IMG/VR virus record: IMGVR_UViG_3300034019_001677
Location: 4,047 to 68,046 of that record
From: a virus
Length of the DNA: 64,000 bases
Reading direction: 5' to 3' (one strand)
A program made the translations under genes and the position numbers. Shown here piece after piece: positions 20,442 through 30,183 of this stretch. Numbering within the stretch: the stretch's first letter is position 1; each line of letters opens with the position of its first letter. Below the pieces are notes generated by a model. The model made no database searches and was not told the origin of the DNA. It saw nothing but the letters and a program-made list of their open reading frames with translations.

Positions 20442-20879
20442 TCAGCCGGAGGCTGCCAGGGAGGCGATGTAGACGGGATCGGGCAGCTCCACGATGAGCC
20501 GCTCGTAGGTGTCATCAGTTTGTGGCTGGTGACGTTGCTGGGCGGTGGGCCAGGCGCGGAACGCCAGCAGCCGCACCGCCTCGAGGTTGCTGCTGGTATC
20601 GAACTGGGTGAAGGTCACCGTCCAGGTGCGCATCGTGGCCATGGTGCGCGTGGGGGCACCCAGGAGCTCGCGCTCCGGGGCCTCGGTGAGCACTGCCTCG
20701 ATGCCGGTAGCGGTGTAGCTGGGCCGCACCTGCCCCTTGCCCACCGTCCAGAAGGCCTGAATCGGCGGGCCTTCAGAACGGTGGTACTGACCCAACAGTG
20801 GGCCAAACAGCATGCGCAGCTCATCGGCCACCTGCCGCAGGCTGGCGCCCAGCTCCACCTGGCACTGGGCCTGGGTCAT
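20442..20879 (-). CDS. Tail terminator/completion protein
   Basis: Synteny and size (145 aa). Confidence 0.55.
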   Translation of the reverse strand: MTQAQCQVELGASLRQVADELRMLFGPLLGQYHRSEGPPIQAFWTVGKGQVRPSYTATGIEAVLTEAPERELLGAPTRTMATMRTWTVTFTQFDTSSNLEAVRLLAFRAWPTAQQRHQPQTDDTYERLIVELPDPVYIASLAASG

Positions 20880-21361
20880 GCTGCACCTCCAGCCGGCGGC
20901 AGGGCCGAGGGCCCCGCCGGAGCGGCGCCACCACGGCGGGTGCCGCCCAGGCCCCGGCGCTTGGCCGAAAGGGTGAAGTGCAACTGAAAGGCGCGCTGCA
21001 GCTTCACGCGCTCGCGCTGCAGCTCCCGCGTCCAGGGCCGGGCCGGCCTGGTGCGGGGCTGCCCCTCGCTGTCATTGGCCTTGTAGACGGCGCCGTCGTG
21101 CACCGCAGGGGCATGGGGGGCAGTCCAGCGGAATTTCGTTTCCATCACCCCCGGGCGGGGGTTGATTGCCATCTCCTGCGAGTTGCGCAGGTCGCCGATG
21201 TCCACGATGTCGCGGGGGCTTTCCCCACTCGGCCAGTCCCATTTCGGCTCGGTGATGTGCCTCGTGAGCTCCGAATCCACAAACGTGCTGAAGCGGCCCC
21301 AGGCCTCACCCACCACCTCGCGCAGAAGCTGCTGATCCATTCCCTGCTCAGCCATTGCCAC
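20876..21361 (-). CDS. Tail completion protein (HK97 gp10-like)
   Basis: 'DIVDIGDLRNS...W.APHA..VHDG...PARPW' motif. Confidence 0.7.
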   Translation of the reverse strand: MAMAEQGMDQQLLREVVGEAWGRFSTFVDSELTRHITEPKWDWPSGESPRDIVDIGDLRNSQEMAINPRPGVMETKFRWTAPHAPAVHDGAVYKANDSEGQPRTRPARPWTRELQRERVKLQRAFQLHFTLSAKRRGLGGTRRGGAAPAGPSALPPAGGAA

Positions 21362-21749
21362 GGCCTCCCGTCACCCGAAAGGTGCCGTTGATCTGCTGGC
21401 GCAGGAGCGGCATGGCCCCCACCGGCGCCCCCAGGTCTTCCTGCAGCTCGAAGCGGCCGCGGCGGCCGTTGATTACCGCCGCGGCCTTGCTGCCGCTCAC
21501 AATCCGCGGATCGAGGGTGGCGGGACTCAGCAGCCGGCCGGTGCAGGGGAAAGTGGTCTCATCGACGCCCACCTGCTTCTCCCAGCGGCCGCGGTTGAGG
21601 CGCAGCGCCGCCAGGTAGTGGAGCGTCTCGGTGGCTGCCACCTGATTGCCGGTTTCGGGATCCTCGGTGAGGGTGGCGCCGGCCACCTCGAACGCCAGGG
21701 TGGCGGTGGCGAGGTGGCCGTAGGCGCTGGCGGGCTGGGGAGTGCTCAT
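21348..21749 (-). CDS. Head closure protein
   Basis: Synteny; ATG at 21749. Confidence 0.55.
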   Translation of the reverse strand: MSTPQPASAYGHLATATLAFEVAGATLTEDPETGNQVAATETLHYLAALRLNRGRWEKQVGVDETTFPCTGRLLSPATLDPRIVSGSKAAAVINGRRGRFELQEDLGAPVGAMPLLRQQINGTFRVTGGRGNG

Positions 21750-21753
21750 CAGA

Positions 21754-22062
21754 TCAGACCATGAAGCCGCAGGTGAGCGGTAGGCAGGCCTGCAGCTCGG
21801 CAAACTCCTGGCCGTAGTGGGTGGCCTCCAGGCCGCTGCCGGCGGAAGGCGGCGCCTGGCCTACCTGGGCGCCCACCTCCCGCACCCGGCAGGCGATCAG
21901 ATGGGCGGCAAACAGGCCCACCCCATCACCATGCAGGTCTCCCCACACCGCTTCGCTGCAGCGCCGGCCGGCGGTGGCCAGCGCCGCCTCCAGCTGGGCG
22001 TGCGTGTGCACCTCCAGCTCAGGAAAGCGGTCGAGCAACTCGGAGAGGGTGGGGATTGCCAT
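21754..22062 (-). CDS. Head-tail adaptor (DUF4054-like)
   Basis: 'RFPEL...WG...LFAAHLI...ATHYGQEF' pattern. Confidence 0.7.
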   Translation of the reverse strand: MAIPTLSELLDRFPELEVHTHAQLEAALATAGRRCSEAVWGDLHGDGVGLFAAHLIACRVREVGAQVGQAPPSAGSGLEATHYGQEFAELQACLPLTCGFMV

Positions 22063-22064
22063 GG

Positions 22065-22613
22065 TCAGGGCCGGCCGTCGAGGAGCTCTTTCACGCGGGT
22101 GGCGAGCTTCTCGCGCACCACCTGCCGGTCTTCCTTGCGCAGCCACTGCTCCAGCTGCTCGGTGTTGCGGCAGCCGTAGATCAGTCGGATGGCCACCGCA
22201 TTGGGCACGGCGGCCAACGACACCTCGCCGTCGGCAGTGGTGGCGCCATCGGTGAGCTCGATCTCTTGGATCAGGCCGCGGCCCATCAGCTCTTGGGTGT
22301 CGGGGCGGGCCTTGGCCTGCTCCCACAGCTTGCGGGGCACCGGGGCGTTGAGGCCCGGGTTGATCCGGAGAGTGGTGGGATTGGCGACGGGCCCGAACGC
22401 CCAGGCGATGGCGCCGCCACGGCAGCTCTGGAGACAGGCCTCGTTCAGCTCGGGGGTGAAGATCACCGCCAGCTCGCCGGCCTCCGGTTGGACGGAGACC
22501 GCCAGCTCGCCGGCCTCCGGTTGGACGGAGACCACCAGCTCGCCGGCCTCCGGTTGGTCCTCGGCGGGCTCGGCCTGGGGCTTGCTGATGAGTTTGGTGG
22601 GGGTGGTGGTCAT
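22065..22613 (-). CDS. Hypothetical head-associated protein with 11-aa tandem repeats
   Basis: 182-aa ORF directly after the capsid gene; QPEAGEL repeated three times. Confidence 0.65.
   Translation of the reverse strand: MTTTPTKLISKPQAEPAEDQPEAGELVVSVQPEAGELAVSVQPEAGELAVIFTPELNEACLQSCRGGAIAWAFGPVANPTTLRINPGLNAPVPRKLWEQAKARPDTQELMGRGLIQEIELTDGATTADGEVSLAAVPNAVAIRLIYGCRNTEQLEQWLRKEDRQVVREKLATRVKELLDGRP
22467..22557. repeat. 33-bp tandem repeat (about 2.8 copies)
   Basis: ccagctcgccggcctccggttgg occurs three times at 33-bp spacing. Confidence 0.85.
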
Positions 22614-22662
22614 GGAAAACCGATGGGGAACAGGGAAATGGTGCGGGGCTGATCAGCGGGGA

Positions 22663-23598
22663 TCAGCCGCCGTCCTGGATGTAGAGGAAGGCCAGGGGAT
22701 AATCGGGGATGAAGCCGCCAATTTTGCTCATCGAGGGCACCACGAACTTGAGGTTCTTCGGCTGAGGCGGCAGGAAGGTGAGCGGCAGGGGGATGTGGAA
22801 TTTCCCCTTGGTCGGATCCTTTCGGTAGAACAGCATCCGCCGGGCGCTGAGGTTGCCGCCGCTGTTGGCCGGGTCGAGCTCGTTGATCGGCTCCACCGAC
22901 GTGATGCCCGGGTTCATCTTCAGGAACAGCTCCAGCACCGTGGTGTTGTCGGTCGTGGAACGGCAGGTAGTGGAGACGATGCGGTGATCCGATTCACCCA
23001 TCAGCACGGCATTGGGCTGCTCAATCTGCTTGGAGTTGACCCGCATTTGGGTGACGCCGAAGTTGAGCAGATCGAGCATCTGCTGGGGGGTGGTGTTGGG
23101 GTCGTTGAACCAGGCGTCGCTGTTGTTGCCCGTCACCACCACACGATCGATGGCCGGGTGGTTGAGCATGCCCCGCAGGCCGGTGCCGGCCCGGCCAAAC
23201 AGGCAGGTGATGTTGTTGCGGCGCTCGTAGGAGTCGCGCACCGCTTCGGCCTTCTCGTTGGTGAGGTTGACGCCGGCCATCTTTGCGGCCAGCAGCTCGC
23301 CCTGGGTGTAGTCGAACGAGCCGCCGAACTCGCGGATCTCGTTGACGATCTCACCCACCTTCACGCCGGAGCGGGGCAAATCGTCGGCCGCATCAGCGAT
23401 CAGATCAAAGGCGCCGGTGCGATCCCACAGGGTGCGCTTGATCGACGTGGCGCCGGGGTTCACCTCGAAGCTGACCGGGCAAATCCTGGGGTAAACGATT
23501 TCGGCATAGGGTTTGCGCAGCACACCGGGAATGATGTGCTGCAGCTGGTCGGCCAGGAACGCCCCACTCTGGTAGGCGTCGTCCATTCGGTGGCTCAT
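22663..23598 (-). CDS. Major capsid protein (DUF2184/encapsulin-like HK97 fold)
   Basis: 'ADDLPR...YT..EL.AA...G...GLRGMLNHP...TVLE.F...FHIPLP'; position after protease and decoration genes. Confidence 0.88.
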   Translation of the reverse strand: MSHRMDDAYQSGAFLADQLQHIIPGVLRKPYAEIVYPRICPVSFEVNPGATSIKRTLWDRTGAFDLIADAADDLPRSGVKVGEIVNEIREFGGSFDYTQGELLAAKMAGVNLTNEKAEAVRDSYERRNNITCLFGRAGTGLRGMLNHPAIDRVVVTGNNSDAWFNDPNTTPQQMLDLLNFGVTQMRVNSKQIEQPNAVLMGESDHRIVSTTCRSTTDNTTVLELFLKMNPGITSVEPINELDPANSGGNLSARRMLFYRKDPTKGKFHIPLPLTFLPPQPKNLKFVVPSMSKIGGFIPDYPLAFLYIQDGG

Positions 23599-23650
23599 TG
23601 TTCGGGCTCCAGGAGGGGGCAGGGGGAAGGAAGGGGGATGGTGGGGAGGA

Positions 23651-24223
23651 TCAGGTGTCAGCGGTGAAGGTCAGCGCGGCAGGCGCGTTGACCCGCAGCA
23701 CCAGCAGGCCACCGGCAGCGGCGCCGCGTTCGATCTCCCAGGCGCCGGCAGCCAGGTTGAGGCTGTTGCCCGCCGAGGCCGTCTTGCCCCACTTGCCGGC
23801 ATTGGCGCCGGACTTGAAGTAGCGCAGGGCCCCTCCGGGATCAACGGCCTCGAAGACCTCGATGTAGATCGAGCCCTCCTTGAGGATGTTCACCGCATAA
23901 CCGGGATGAATGCCCTCCTGGTAAGAAGTCGCGGCATCACGGTGGCTGAGCTCCTGGACATCGGTGAGCACCGAGATGCCGAGGATCGCGCCGGCGGCGG
24001 TGGCCACCTGGGCGGAGTTGGGCAGCACGCCGGAGCCGTTGCGCACCAGCGGCACGCCAAAAGGCAACACGCCATTGGTTTCGTTGCTGCCGCTGATGAT
24101 CCGGCTCCCGCTGATGTCGGCCAGCTCGCCGATGCGGCCGATGGCCATCTGCATCGGGTAGTCACGGCCCACACCCACTTGGGGGTTCATGCTGCCGGCG
24201 TTGTTGGTGAAGGTCTGGGCCAT
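23651..24223 (-). CDS. Capsid decoration/cement protein
   Basis: Between protease and capsid; 'LPFGVPLV...VNILKEGSIYI'. Confidence 0.7.
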   Translation of the reverse strand: MAQTFTNNAGSMNPQVGVGRDYPMQMAIGRIGELADISGSRIISGSNETNGVLPFGVPLVRNGSGVLPNSAQVATAAGAILGISVLTDVQELSHRDAATSYQEGIHPGYAVNILKEGSIYIEVFEAVDPGGALRYFKSGANAGKWGKTASAGNSLNLAAGAWEIERGAAAGGLLVLRVNAPAALTFTADT

Positions 24224-24270
24224 GGAAGGAATGCGGAGGGGCGGGGGGAGGGGGAAGGGCTAGGGGGGAA

Positions 24271-25566
24271 TCAGCTGGCGGGGTCCTGCCAGGCGTTGGC
24301 CAGCGCGTTCTGGTGCTCCGCCGCGGCCGCTGCGATGCCATCGGCGCCGTCGGTGCGGGGGCCGGTGGTGATGCCCTGCAACTGGCGGACCAGCATCTGG
24401 GCGGCATCGGCCTGGTAGGGCACCTGTTCGGCAGCCTCGTAGGCGGCATCGAAGCGGGCGGCGATGTACTCGTCGCTGCGGTTCTCGATGCCATCGATGC
24501 GCACCTCAGCAGCCTCGAGGGCGAGCACCTGCACCTCGCGGTTGCTGAGGCCGTCGTGCCGCTCGCGCTGGCCGCCCATGATCAGGCTGGCCTTCTCGAG
24601 CACGTCGACGCGCTCGGCCACCAGCTGCTGAATCAGCTCCGGATCAGGCTGAGGGGCGGAATCAGCCCGCTCGGCCACCAGGGCCTCCAGCTCGCTCAGC
24701 TGCTCGGCCAGGCTGTCGAAGCGCAGCTCGGCGGCGGCCAGGTCGTCAACGGTGGCCTTGTAGACCTCCCACGGCACGCTGCGGCCGGGGGTGGCGGAAT
24801 CGCCGCGGGCTCGCTTGCGCTTGGCCATGCCGTAGCCGTCTTCCTTCTCGTCGGGCTCCATCTCGCCCTTGTCTTCCATTTCTTCGGGGTCCATCTCTTC
24901 CTCGGCGTTTGCCTTGGATTTGGAGGAGCTCTTCATGTCGGCACGGTCGGTGGGTTGAGCGGAAGCGGGCATGGGGGTGGCCTCAGGAAGGGAAGGGAGA
25001 AGATCGGCGGAAACAGCGATGACCGGCGGGTCGTCGGCATCGGCGGAGTCGAAGTGCAGGCACACTTCGGCGCCCGCGCGGGCCTTGCGGGTGACGGCGA
25101 GATGGTTGCCGCTGATGTTCCGCTGCACGCCGTCGTAACGAGTGCCATCGGGCGCCACGCCGGGGGTGGGGTCGTACTCGCAGCGGTAGCCCACGGAGAG
25201 CTCCACCGCATCGCGACGCTTGACGGCCTCGATGGCTTCTCGATCCGTCAGGGTGACGGTGCCATGCACAAAGCCGTCGGTGAACTCCACCTGGGTGCCG
25301 CTGTGGCCCCGGGTGTGTTGCCGCACGGTGTCGGGCGTGAGCAGCTGGGGCGGATGCTCCAGCGTCACCGGCAGGCCGCCCATCGACAGAAGAGAATCCG
25401 GACGGGACACCTCTTCCGGCGGGCGATATTCGACCCGTTTCGACCCATCCGGGTTGGTGTAGGTCTGGCAGCCGCTGCGGGAGAACGTCCCACGCACGCG
25501 CACGTAGCCCTCTGGAGTTTCCAGAAAGCTGGCGGGTAGGTTGGAGCGATCGAAGCGGAATTGCAC
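24271..25566 (-). CDS. DUF2213-family prohead protease/scaffold
   Basis: 'TPEGY...R.G...Y...EYRPPEEV...PVTLEHP...ELSVGY...QRNI.GNHLAV...ARAG' plus an acidic coiled C-terminus. Confidence 0.9.
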   Translation of the reverse strand: MQFRFDRSNLPASFLETPEGYVRVRGTFSRSGCQTYTNPDGSKRVEYRPPEEVSRPDSLLSMGGLPVTLEHPPQLLTPDTVRQHTRGHSGTQVEFTDGFVHGTVTLTDREAIEAVKRRDAVELSVGYRCEYDPTPGVAPDGTRYDGVQRNISGNHLAVTRKARAGAEVCLHFDSADADDPPVIAVSADLLPSLPEATPMPASAQPTDRADMKSSSKSKANAEEEMDPEEMEDKGEMEPDEKEDGYGMAKRKRARGDSATPGRSVPWEVYKATVDDLAAAELRFDSLAEQLSELEALVAERADSAPQPDPELIQQLVAERVDVLEKASLIMGGQRERHDGLSNREVQVLALEAAEVRIDGIENRSDEYIAARFDAAYEAAEQVPYQADAAQMLVRQLQGITTGPRTDGADGIAAAAAEHQNALANAWQDPAS

Positions 25567-25641
25567 CGGCAGATAGCAGGAGCTGCCAGCAAGATGGGGC
25601 CGCCGGGTCTAACTTGCGCCTGTTGATGCCATAAACGCACC

Positions 25642-25869
25642 GTGCCCACTCTCCTGCCAGACGCAATGGTGCGGCGCCTGTTGGGTGCACGTTTGGGCGT
25701 GATTATGCAGCAGCGGGGCGTCAGCCAGCAGCAGCTGGCGCAGCACCTGGAGGTGCACCGCAGCGCCGTGAGCCGCTGGTGCTCCGGCGAGCGGGATCCC
25801 AACCCAGGCCAGCTGCGATCGATCTGCCTGCTGCTGGCGATCGATCCGGCCCTGCTGCTGGGGCTCTGA
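25642..25869 (+). CDS. XRE-family HTH regulator
   Basis: 'RGVSQQQLAQHLEVHRSAVSRWCSGERDP'. Confidence 0.85.
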   Translation: MPTLLPDAMVRRLLGARLGVIMQQRGVSQQQLAQHLEVHRSAVSRWCSGERDPNPGQLRSICLLLAIDPALLLGL

Positions 25870-26035
25870 TCAGCGCTTGGCCTGTGGCTTGCCTTCGCGG
25901 GCGGTGGCCACAGGAGGGGCATCCTGGAGGCGCAGCATCACCGTGGTCTCCACGGCCACGTTGGCCCAGTCGATGGGCTCGCCATCGGCCCGGGGGGCCT
26001 GGGGGGGGAAAGCTGGGGGGCTGGTGGGTGCTCAT
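25870..26035 (-). pseudogene. Small ORF apparently frameshifted at a G8 tract
   Basis: With one C fewer it reads MSTHQPPSFPPQAPRADGEPIDWANVAVETTVMLRLQD...AKR* and ends flush with the XRE stop. Confidence 0.45.
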
Positions 26036-28023
26036 TGGGCCAGGGTGGCGCATTGCATCCGGAGGGCATCGATCCGGACCTCCAGGATGTTGGCAGCGGC
26101 ATCACGGCGCCGGCTGCCACCAAGGCGTTGCCGCGGCCCGGCGGCCAGGCCGGCGGCTTCCTTTCCCCGTACCGGAGCAATGCCCCGCTGGGCGCGGCAC
26201 TCTTTCGGCAGAGAGATGCAGGCGTTCCCGCAGCTGTAGCCCGTGCGGCACTGCCGCTTGAGAGCGTCGATTCGCTCCTGCAGGCTGTCGGCCCGGGGCC
26301 GCTTGCGCAGACCCAGGGCCATCAGCTCCTGCTCTACAGCGGCGAACACGTCCCGCTCCAGCTCCTGCCGCACCTTCGTTTCAGATTCGCCCGCTTCCAC
26401 TCGATCAGCAGCGCGGTTGAGAGCGGAGCTGATGGGCCCGCTGGAGCTCTTCAGACGCTCGAACACCGACAGGGCCTCGCTGGCCTCGCCGGCAACCTTG
26501 GCGCTCTGCTGCTGGTTGATCACGTTGCCAGCCTTCTCCGCGAGGGTGGAGGCTGCTCTGGTCTTGGAGACGGTGCCAAACAGGCGCTTCTCCCGCGTGA
26601 TTTTGGCCTTCAGGCCGGCGGAGAGCTTGGCCCGGGTGAAGAGGTTGTCCTTGACCTCCTGGCTCATCCCGAAGAGGTCCATCGTGGTCTGGGTGCGCTG
26701 CTCGCTGGCAGCGGCATGTTCCACCAGCTCGAGCAGCGTCTGATCAGCAATGCCCTTGCGGGAGCCGATCATCTTGAACACCTCCCGCTGCTTTGCCTCA
26801 TCGAGGCCGCTGCCGCCAATGATCGCGCCGCGGTTCACGCTCAGATCACCGCGCACCACGGCGTTGAACACCTCGCCGGGCAGCTTGCTGAGTTTGAGGC
26901 CCTTCTCCGCCTGGCCGCTGCGCAGCGGCAGGCCCTTGGCCTCCACATCAGCCTGGGACCTGATGCCAGTGTCGCGGAAAAATTTGGCGGCATCCATCGG
27001 GGTGCCGGCACCCTCGGCAATGTTCTGCATGGCGCCGATCGCCCGGGCTTCGGTGGCGGTTTTTGCGTTGAGGAAGCGCACGGTCACCTCCTCGGCTCCC
27101 AGGCGCCGGGCCAGGGCCATCCGGTTGTGGCCGTTCACCACGTAGACCTTGCCGTCGGCTGGGTCCTTCCAGACGCTCATCACGCCGGCGAGGTTTGGAT
27201 CCCACTTGCGAACACCCGAGAGGCTGCCCACCTCACCGGTGCCCTCAGTGGCGTTCAACTTGTACTGGAACCGCCCTGGATCGAAGACGATCTCACCGGG
27301 CTTCATGTTGCGGACGGTGCCGGGCTCCGTGGAAGCGCTGGCGGCCTCGGGGAGCTTGCCGGTGCGCAGGTACTCGGCAATCTCGGGCCGGGCCAACAGC
27401 TTCTCCACCCGCTTGGTGGTGCGCTCCTGTTGCCGCTCTCTTGCGGCCACTCCCCGGGCGGCCGACACCTGAGAGGCGGTGGCCACGGCGGCCTTGTCGC
27501 CGGCGGCCGCCAGCTGCTGCAGACGCCGCAGGCGAGCCTGGCCGATCGCGCTGCCCGGGGTGATCCGGCATTCCTTCTGCAGGGAGATGCAGGCGGAGCC
27601 GCAGCTGTAGCCGGTGGTGCATTTGCGCTTCTGACCGGTGGCCCGGTTACTGCGGCGGAAATCCATCCGCACGGCAGGAGCCCGCAGCTGCAGGAACGAA
27701 TCCGATCTCAGCTCCCAGCCACGCTCACCGATGCCGTCCCAGGCGGGCCGGTAGCCGACACCTTCCGCATCGACACGAAAGCGGTAGACCAGACCATCGG
27801 CGGCCATCCGCCCGGCATGGCCGGCGCCCTCCTGCCGCCAGTCGAGCACCAGGGCGCCGGGAAGGACCTCCGCCAGCAGCTGTTGCAAGACCGGAGAGAC
27901 CCGATCGGCAGCGTCATGCCGCAGGGCCGCCGGCCGGCGGGGCAGGGCCTGCCGGGCCGTCGAGACAGGCAACTGGGCCTCGATGGCCGAGAGGCGATCC
28001 TGCAGGGCCTGGTGACGGCTCAT
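26032..28023 (-). CDS. Modular head-module protein: ParB-like domain flanked by two Cys4 motifs
   Basis: 'GKVYVVNGHNRMALARRLG' is ParB/Srx-like; CxxGYSCGxxCISxxKEC occurs twice. Confidence 0.8.
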   Translation of the reverse strand: MSRHQALQDRLSAIEAQLPVSTARQALPRRPAALRHDAADRVSPVLQQLLAEVLPGALVLDWRQEGAGHAGRMAADGLVYRFRVDAEGVGYRPAWDGIGERGWELRSDSFLQLRAPAVRMDFRRSNRATGQKRKCTTGYSCGSACISLQKECRITPGSAIGQARLRRLQQLAAAGDKAAVATASQVSAARGVAARERQQERTTKRVEKLLARPEIAEYLRTGKLPEAASASTEPGTVRNMKPGEIVFDPGRFQYKLNATEGTGEVGSLSGVRKWDPNLAGVMSVWKDPADGKVYVVNGHNRMALARRLGAEEVTVRFLNAKTATEARAIGAMQNIAEGAGTPMDAAKFFRDTGIRSQADVEAKGLPLRSGQAEKGLKLSKLPGEVFNAVVRGDLSVNRGAIIGGSGLDEAKQREVFKMIGSRKGIADQTLLELVEHAAASEQRTQTTMDLFGMSQEVKDNLFTRAKLSAGLKAKITREKRLFGTVSKTRAASTLAEKAGNVINQQQSAKVAGEASEALSVFERLKSSSGPISSALNRAADRVEAGESETKVRQELERDVFAAVEQELMALGLRKRPRADSLQERIDALKRQCRTGYSCGNACISLPKECRAQRGIAPVRGKEAAGLAAGPRQRLGGSRRRDAAANILEVRIDALRMQCATLAQ

Positions 28024-28517
28024 CGATCAGGGGCCTCCTTCCATGGCCGTGGCGGTGTCAGGCGGCTGCGCAGGTGGTCCGCCGCGGCAGCACTTGTCGA
28101 AGATGCTGCGGAGGTGATCGCGGCCCTCACGTCTGCGGCGGGAATCATCCCGGCTGCCTTGGCAGCATCCTCAACCTCCTGATGCGTCGGGAATCGAGCC
28201 CCCGGTGCAAGGGTCGTCATCGCCTGCTGCTGGATCTCTGCAGCTTGCGACCAGACATCAGCCCGGAGCCTTTCGGCATCCACCACCTGTTGTTGGAAGG
28301 TGATGACCGGCGCCAGCGCCGCTTTCAGGTCTTCGATGGGCTTTGTGGCCACCGCCAGCAGCCGCTCCTCCAGTCCCTCGAGGGCCGTGTCGATCCGGTC
28401 TTCCGCCCGATCCAGCGCGGCATCGATCGCCCCGTTCAGCTGTGGGCGGACCTTGTTTGCCAGTTTCAGGACGAGGCGATCCAGGAGGGGGTCCAGCAGT
28501 CGATCAAGCCAGTTCAT
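28020..28517 (-). CDS. Hypothetical helical protein
   Basis: 165 aa with overlapping start/stop codons on both sides. Confidence 0.65.
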   Translation of the reverse strand: MNWLDRLLDPLLDRLVLKLANKVRPQLNGAIDAALDRAEDRIDTALEGLEERLLAVATKPIEDLKAALAPVITFQQQVVDAERLRADVWSQAAEIQQQAMTTLAPGARFPTHQEVEDAAKAAGMIPAADVRAAITSAASSTSAAAADHLRSRLTPPRPWKEAPDR

Positions 28518-28786
28518 CGGGATACTCCGAGAAGAGTTTTCATGCGCTCGAGCCGGGCCTGCAGGGCATCAATGCGGCTGTCGCCCCGGTCGCTCTGGCC
28601 CGTGCCTTTCGGTCGGTAGGTAACCATGCCGCTTTTGGTGAACTTGAACGTGAAGCGCTGCTGGTTGGACACAAACTCTCCCTGGGGCTCGCCGCCCTGG
28701 TCAGAAATCGAGAGGATCCGCACCGGTCTGATTTGCTCGCTGAGCAGCTCGGTGGCCAGCTGCACCATTTCGGTTCGTCGGTCCAT
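28514..28786 (-). CDS. Hypothetical protein ending in an 'RGDSRIDAL' linker motif
   Basis: 90 aa; 'FTFKF...VTYRP' resembles 'YRFRV...VGYRP' in the N-terminus of 26032..28023. Confidence 0.65.
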   Translation of the reverse strand: MDRRTEMVQLATELLSEQIRPVRILSISDQGGEPQGEFVSNQQRFTFKFTKSGMVTYRPKGTGQSDRGDSRIDALQARLERMKTLLGVSR

Positions 28787-28923
28787 AGGTTCGATGCGCT
28801 TTGGCCTCAGTCTGGGCCCGGTATGGTTGCCCGCTGTGATTCAGTTGCCGTGACCACTAGACCCTCCATTTGAACGGCGGGGAACGCGGATTCTTGAAAT
28901 ACTTCCCGCTCGGGGTGCCTGTT

Positions 28924-29031
28924 GCCGGCGCCAAACCCGCCGAAGACGTGGAGACTACTCCGGGCAACCCCAACAGGCTGTTGTAAGCGATCTGCGCTCC
29001 ATCGCCGCCGTCGTGGTTGTGGCTGTTGCCG
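28924..29031. repeat. 108-bp direct repeat, copy 1 (copy 2 at 31221-31328)
   Basis: Hand alignment shows 4 mismatches in 108 bp. Confidence 0.9.
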
Positions 29032-29188
29032 CGAACGTAGGTTTCGATCATCACCGGCAGCGCCTGATCGAGCCGGCCCAGGCTGGCGCCCGTGGTGCCC
29101 GGGGCGTTGACCGGGTTGTCCTCACCGGGGCTGACGGTGATTGCCGGGGCTTCGGACCTGGAGTAAGCCTGCGCTCTGCTGCAGTAGA

Positions 29189-29245
29189 TCCGCGTGCCGA
29201 CCTGCACCGTGCCCGGCAGGGTGACGGTGCAGGTCGGCACGCGGA
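29189..29245. repeat. Perfect 22-bp inverted repeat with 13-nt spacer
   Basis: tccgcgtgccgacctgcaccgt / acggtgcaggtcggcacgcgga. Confidence 0.9.
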
Positions 29246-29295
29246 GGCTGGGGTGGTCATGGGTGGGGCGTTGTAGTCGGGGATGCTGCGGGGGG

Positions 29296-30183
29296 CTAGA
29301 TCGGGTAGCGGATAATGACGATGCCGGAGCCGCCGTTGCCGCCAGTACCGCTTGCACCCGCAGCGCTATGACCACCACCACCACCACCGGTATTTGGCTG
29401 ACCACTGTTTGAGCTTCCGCTGCTAACGCCTGCAGCGCCACCGCCCAAGCCCCCAGCACCGCCTGAGCCGCCTGGGCGGATGCCGCCGCCGCCGCCGCCT
29501 GCTCGTGCAACTGCTGTGCCAGTGATGGTGGATGTTATGCCGTTACCGCCTGCGCCGCTTTGTGTCGAGCTTGTCGCATTTCCGCCCGGTGCACCCGCGC
29601 CGCCGCCGCCACCTGTCGGGAATGGTGACAAGCGAATATTGCCATTACCACCACCGATAGATCCTTGTCCCGTCGTTCCCGAACCGCCAAATGACTGGCC
29701 AAGGCTATTTTCGCCGCCGCCGCCGCCGCTGCCGCCGCTATTGCCGTCACTGGATTGAGCGCCAGCGCCACCTCCTATAGCGATAACCGAAGAAAAACTG
29801 GAGTTGCCTCCATTCGTGGCTGTGGCGAAGCCTGCTGTGCCGCCTGCGCCAACGACTACGGGATAAGACCCCGCTGTTAATACAAGGGGTGTTTCTGCGC
29901 TGACATTCTGACCAGACAATTCACCTTGAACTGAACATCTATAACCACCGGCGCCACCACCTCCTTTAATAGCAGCGCCACCGCCAGCAACAATTAAATA
30001 CTCAACACTCCCTCCATTGGTAACAGAAAACGTAGATGCGCCAACAGTCGTAAACCGGTGCACACGGTAGTTGATGCCGCCAACAGTTATATCTGTAACA
30101 GTATCGCCACCAGTGGCAATAACGCCGCCGGAAGGCGGGGTCAAGCTCCCCACAAACGCCACATCAAACAGGCTGAACGTCAT
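29296..30183 (-). CDS. Glycine-rich fibre/adhesin-like protein
   Basis: 'YRVHRFT...VEYLIVAGGG...GGSGIVIIRY', typical glycine-rich phage domain; lower GC. Confidence 0.8.
   Translation of the reverse strand: MTFSLFDVAFVGSLTPPSGGVIATGGDTVTDITVGGINYRVHRFTTVGASTFSVTNGGSVEYLIVAGGGAAIKGGGGAGGYRCSVQGELSGQNVSAETPLVLTAGSYPVVVGAGGTAGFATATNGGNSSFSSVIAIGGGAGAQSSDGNSGGSGGGGGENSLGQSFGGSGTTGQGSIGGGNGNIRLSPFPTGGGGGAGAPGGNATSSTQSGAGGNGITSTITGTAVARAGGGGGGIRPGGSGGAGGLGGGAAGVSSGSSNSGQPNTGGGGGGHSAAGASGTGGNGGSGIVIIRYPI

Larger units (their letters stand above)
28860..29260 (-). pseudogene. Scrambled relic: tail-terminator-like fragment fused to a fibre-gene fragment
   Basis: 'TLPGTVQVGTRIY.SR...PAITVSPGED' joined to 'GNSHNHDGGDG...AGLAPATGTPSGKY'; the start is out of frame. 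Confidence 0.55.

Noticed and set aside
26032-28023. ParABS plasmid-prophage partition system
   Set aside because: No ParA ATPase is seen. The ParB-like domains sit in a head-module polyprotein and next to the terminase
26035-28182. Long plus-strand ORFs (e.g. 26035..28182, 22189..23667, 24313..25539, 47676..49025, 1472..2518)
   Set aside because: Antisense shadows of real minus-strand genes, expected in high-GC DNA; no recognisable motifs
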